In this document: piece after piece, positions 61,336 through 64,000 of the stretch
Position numbering within the stretch: position 1 is the first letter of the stretch
Layout: every line of letters starts with the position of its first letter
NCBI GenBank assembly: GCA_030390025.1
Contig: CM059432.1
Location: forward strand, 73,596,001 to 73,660,000
Length of the DNA stretch: 64,000 nucleotides
From: Squalus acanthias
Lineage: Eukaryota
Reading direction: 5' to 3'
Position numbers and translations under genes: made by a program
The notes under the pieces: generated by a model
Database searches by the model: none
The model's input: only the letters and a program-made list of their open reading frames with translations
Told to the model about the DNA's origin: nothing

Positions 61336-61640
61336 TTGCAGATGCGGGTATGGGACCTCTCCCACTTATCCACCACCTTAACCATATGTATGGAGGCAGC
61401 CTTCAAAGGTTCTGATGCCTTTTTGAACAGTATTCACCAGAGAGAGATGGCAGTCATGTGCTGCATGCTGCACAACACAGCTGTTGAAAGAGGCATATAT
61501 GTGTTTCTGGAAGATGAGCAGTTTTACGATGAGGAGGAAGTGGTGGATGATGTTGAGGAGCGAGCAGAATCTCAGCAGCCATTGCAGGAAGCTGTACACC
61601 TTCACCAGGCTCTGACTGAGCGGCTATTTCCTTGGGCTCT
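61336..61640 (+). pseudogene. Ancient Harbinger transposase C-terminal fossil
   Basis: VMCCMLHNTAVERG followed by an acidic DEEEVVDDVEE stretch and ALTERLF, as at 410-640. Confidence 0.6.
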
Positions 61641-62811
61641 GACAGTACTTCTAACAGTTCAACAAGCTAATTAATATCTAGGCTCAGTGATTTCTTTTTG
61701 CAGAATTGTGAAATTTTTCACATCTGTTACATTATAAATATAGTTTTTAGCTTTGTACACTGAAATGAGTGACAAAAGAAAATGATGGCCGAAAACAAAG
61801 TGAAGAAAACACTTGAGCAATTTAATTGGTTCATTTTGCAGTGGTTGCTGAGTACTGAAAATTTGAGTACTATTACTAAATCTACACTTATGTAGAGGAA
61901 TTTTAAAGGATAATTTTATGGTGCTTTCTCATTGCTGATTGCAAGCTTTCTTATCTGTCTAAAGAATGGAACAGTTTTTCGATTGCTTTATATTAGTCAA
62001 TGGGATATTTGTACCAATCACTATGGTTAATTTAAAAAGTAATGGCCATTTGAGCCAATCATAATTTATTACCCTGCAGGTATGTGACACGTTTGAGGTG
62101 TAACACTTGAGCGATGTGATACCCCCAAGGCCACACTTTTCAGGTGTGACACCTTTGAGAGCTGTAACAATATGGATGCATGCAAGACACAAGTGCTCTG
62201 AATTTCCATGGGGTTTCCCAAATTCTTGCCATAACTTTGGTGGGAGTTAGCTGAAGCCCCGGAGAAATAGTGTAAAGGGCCATTATTAGCTGTTTGCACC
62301 GTTTCTCTGTGTGTTCCAGCAATCTTCTGTTGGAAAAGCCCCACAGACATTCCAGAAGATTTTTACTTATGTATAAATTGGAGAAAATACGTAACAGTAA
62401 TATGTAATACAAGTCTTTTAAAGTGCATACAATTTTAGTGGTCCAGAATATAAGCAATCCTCTGTGGTGCTGAAATGTTTTTATAAGTTTTACTATCAGG
62501 CAAGATAATTAAGTGAAAAGCATGCTTTCACCATTGTAATTGAAAGAGGAAAGCATTATGACCCTCCAGAATGCAATTGCAGGTACGGCATGGAGCACTG
62601 CATGTAGTGATTCCCAGCTCATTGGCAATGATCTGGGGACCAACAATGTCAATGGGAAAATACAATCAAATTACAGAGATAGCGGGGAGGTAAATGACAA
62701 AAAGTGCACAGCTTGAAGTGCTACTAAGTTAGTGAAGTTAAGCAGGACTGAGGAAGATGTCCAGAGAGTGGTACAGGAACAAAACCGAGGAAAGACGTAA
62801 GAAAACTTATT

Positions 62812-63552
62812 GGGCCAGAAATTAGGCACTTGCCGGGTGAGTACGCGCTGTGTACTCACCCATAAGGCCTCCTGAAGTGCCGGTTTCCTGCATGCACTGC
62901 GCATGCGCGGGAAACCGGAACTTCCGGTTTCATGAAGGGAGTGGTTCAGAGGTGAACTGCGTGCGCGGGCGAGGCTGCGCGCACGCAGCGAACTTAGGTT
63001 TTTTTTCAGGTTTCTCCGGGAAGGTAAGTATGGAAGAAGCTGCGCTTTTAAAAAGGAGGCGCAAGACCCGTTTTTTACAATTTAAAAAATTTTTCAACAG
63101 GTTTATCTTTTTTAGATACTTTAAAGAAAGGTAAGTTTATTTTTAGCACTGTTAAAAGTATTTTAATTTTGTCAAAAATTTAAATTTGTGTTTAAAGTAG
63201 TTAATTTATTTAACTTATAGTTATTTTAAAAATGTGATGGTTTTTTTTTAATTTATTTGAAGTTTAGGTGTTGTTTTGGGGCCGATTTCAATTCATAGAT
63301 TTGACAGGTCTTCCTGTCAAATCTATGAATGAAAGATGGTCTGCTGCCATTGGCTCTCCATGGCCCACGTGATCCCAGGGGACGCATCACACTAACTACG
63401 CCCCTGGGATACACAAGCACTGCGCGCCGGCAGCTGCAGGAGGCCCAGGAGCTGAAGTCCCCGTGGGCCCAGAGGTCAACGACAGGCGTGGTAGGTAGGT
63501 GCGCGCGGGATCATTGCACCCGCGGGAAGCCAGGGAGCCGAATTTCTGGGCC
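62812..63552. mobile_element. Harbinger-type MITE related to 53772-54489
   Basis: TIR GGGCCAGAAATT / AATTTCTGGGCC; TSD ATT; AT-rich core. Confidence 0.85.
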
Positions 63553-63824
63553 ATTAAATCAGAATTCAGAAACCAACTCCTGAGGACAAACACACCACTG
63601 GAAGCTGAGGCCGTTTGATGCAATGAGTAGAGATTCAGAAAAACTACCAGTAAGGAAAATAAGCAAAAGGAAAGTTAGGGGCCAGTCAGAGAACAAAGGG
63701 GTAGTGTCAGGCTGAGTCTGGAAAATTCAGGAAGAAACCCATAAAGGAGTATTCCATGGAAAACTAACATTGGAGAGAGAAGGTACAGCACAGAGGCCAG
63801 AAAGTACTAATATAATTTAAAAAG

Positions 63825-63974
63825 CGCATTGCACGGGAAGTTCTGCGCTGCGCTCATTTAAATCAGTAGTCAGTACCAAAATAATGGGGCTGCCTGCGCT
63901 CTTTTTACGGGTGACCGTTAACCTTGGCACATGGTGGTACTGCCCGTTTTCGGGCTTAATCAAATTTCTAGACC
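63825..63974 (+). mobile_element. Solo right terminus of the copy A/B Harbinger family
   Basis: Matches 41590-41731 (CTGCCCGTTTTCGGGCTTAATCAAATTTCTAGACC). Confidence 0.75.
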
Positions 63975-64000
63975 TTAGTCTTTACATGTTTGGTTTTCTC

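Overview
This is eukaryotic, repeat-dominated, apparently intronic or intergenic DNA, most likely from a cartilaginous fish (shark). That assignment is inferred from the repeat repertoire: HER1-like CR1 LINEs, a SacSINE1/DeuSINE-like SINE and shark-type Penelope-like elements. I cannot recognise any host protein-coding exon. The window is a mosaic of nested mobile elements. It holds many CR1 LINE copies, one L2, a second poly(A)-tailed LINE family with a partner SINE, and a 2.9-kb Penelope-like element (RT + GIY-YIG) with several minimal hammerhead-ribozyme motifs. It also holds two Tigger/pogo-like MITEs and an unusually dense cluster of PIF/Harbinger DNA transposons (transposase plus a spliced Myb/SANT-like gene) with their MITEs. 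Highlights: (1) a ~530-bp inversion at 45328-45856 bounded by two Harbinger termini with an inverted 3-bp target duplication, the footprint expected from reversed-end (alternative) transposition; (2) a ~190-bp palindrome of two head-to-head hammerhead-containing Penelope ends with a 14-bp TSD; (3) a Penelope/LINE composite whose junction sequence recurs 11.5 kb away; (4) Harbinger TSDs that are mostly ANN/ANT rather than TWA. All calls come from manual reading and translation. Coordinates of old, diverged repeats are approximate.
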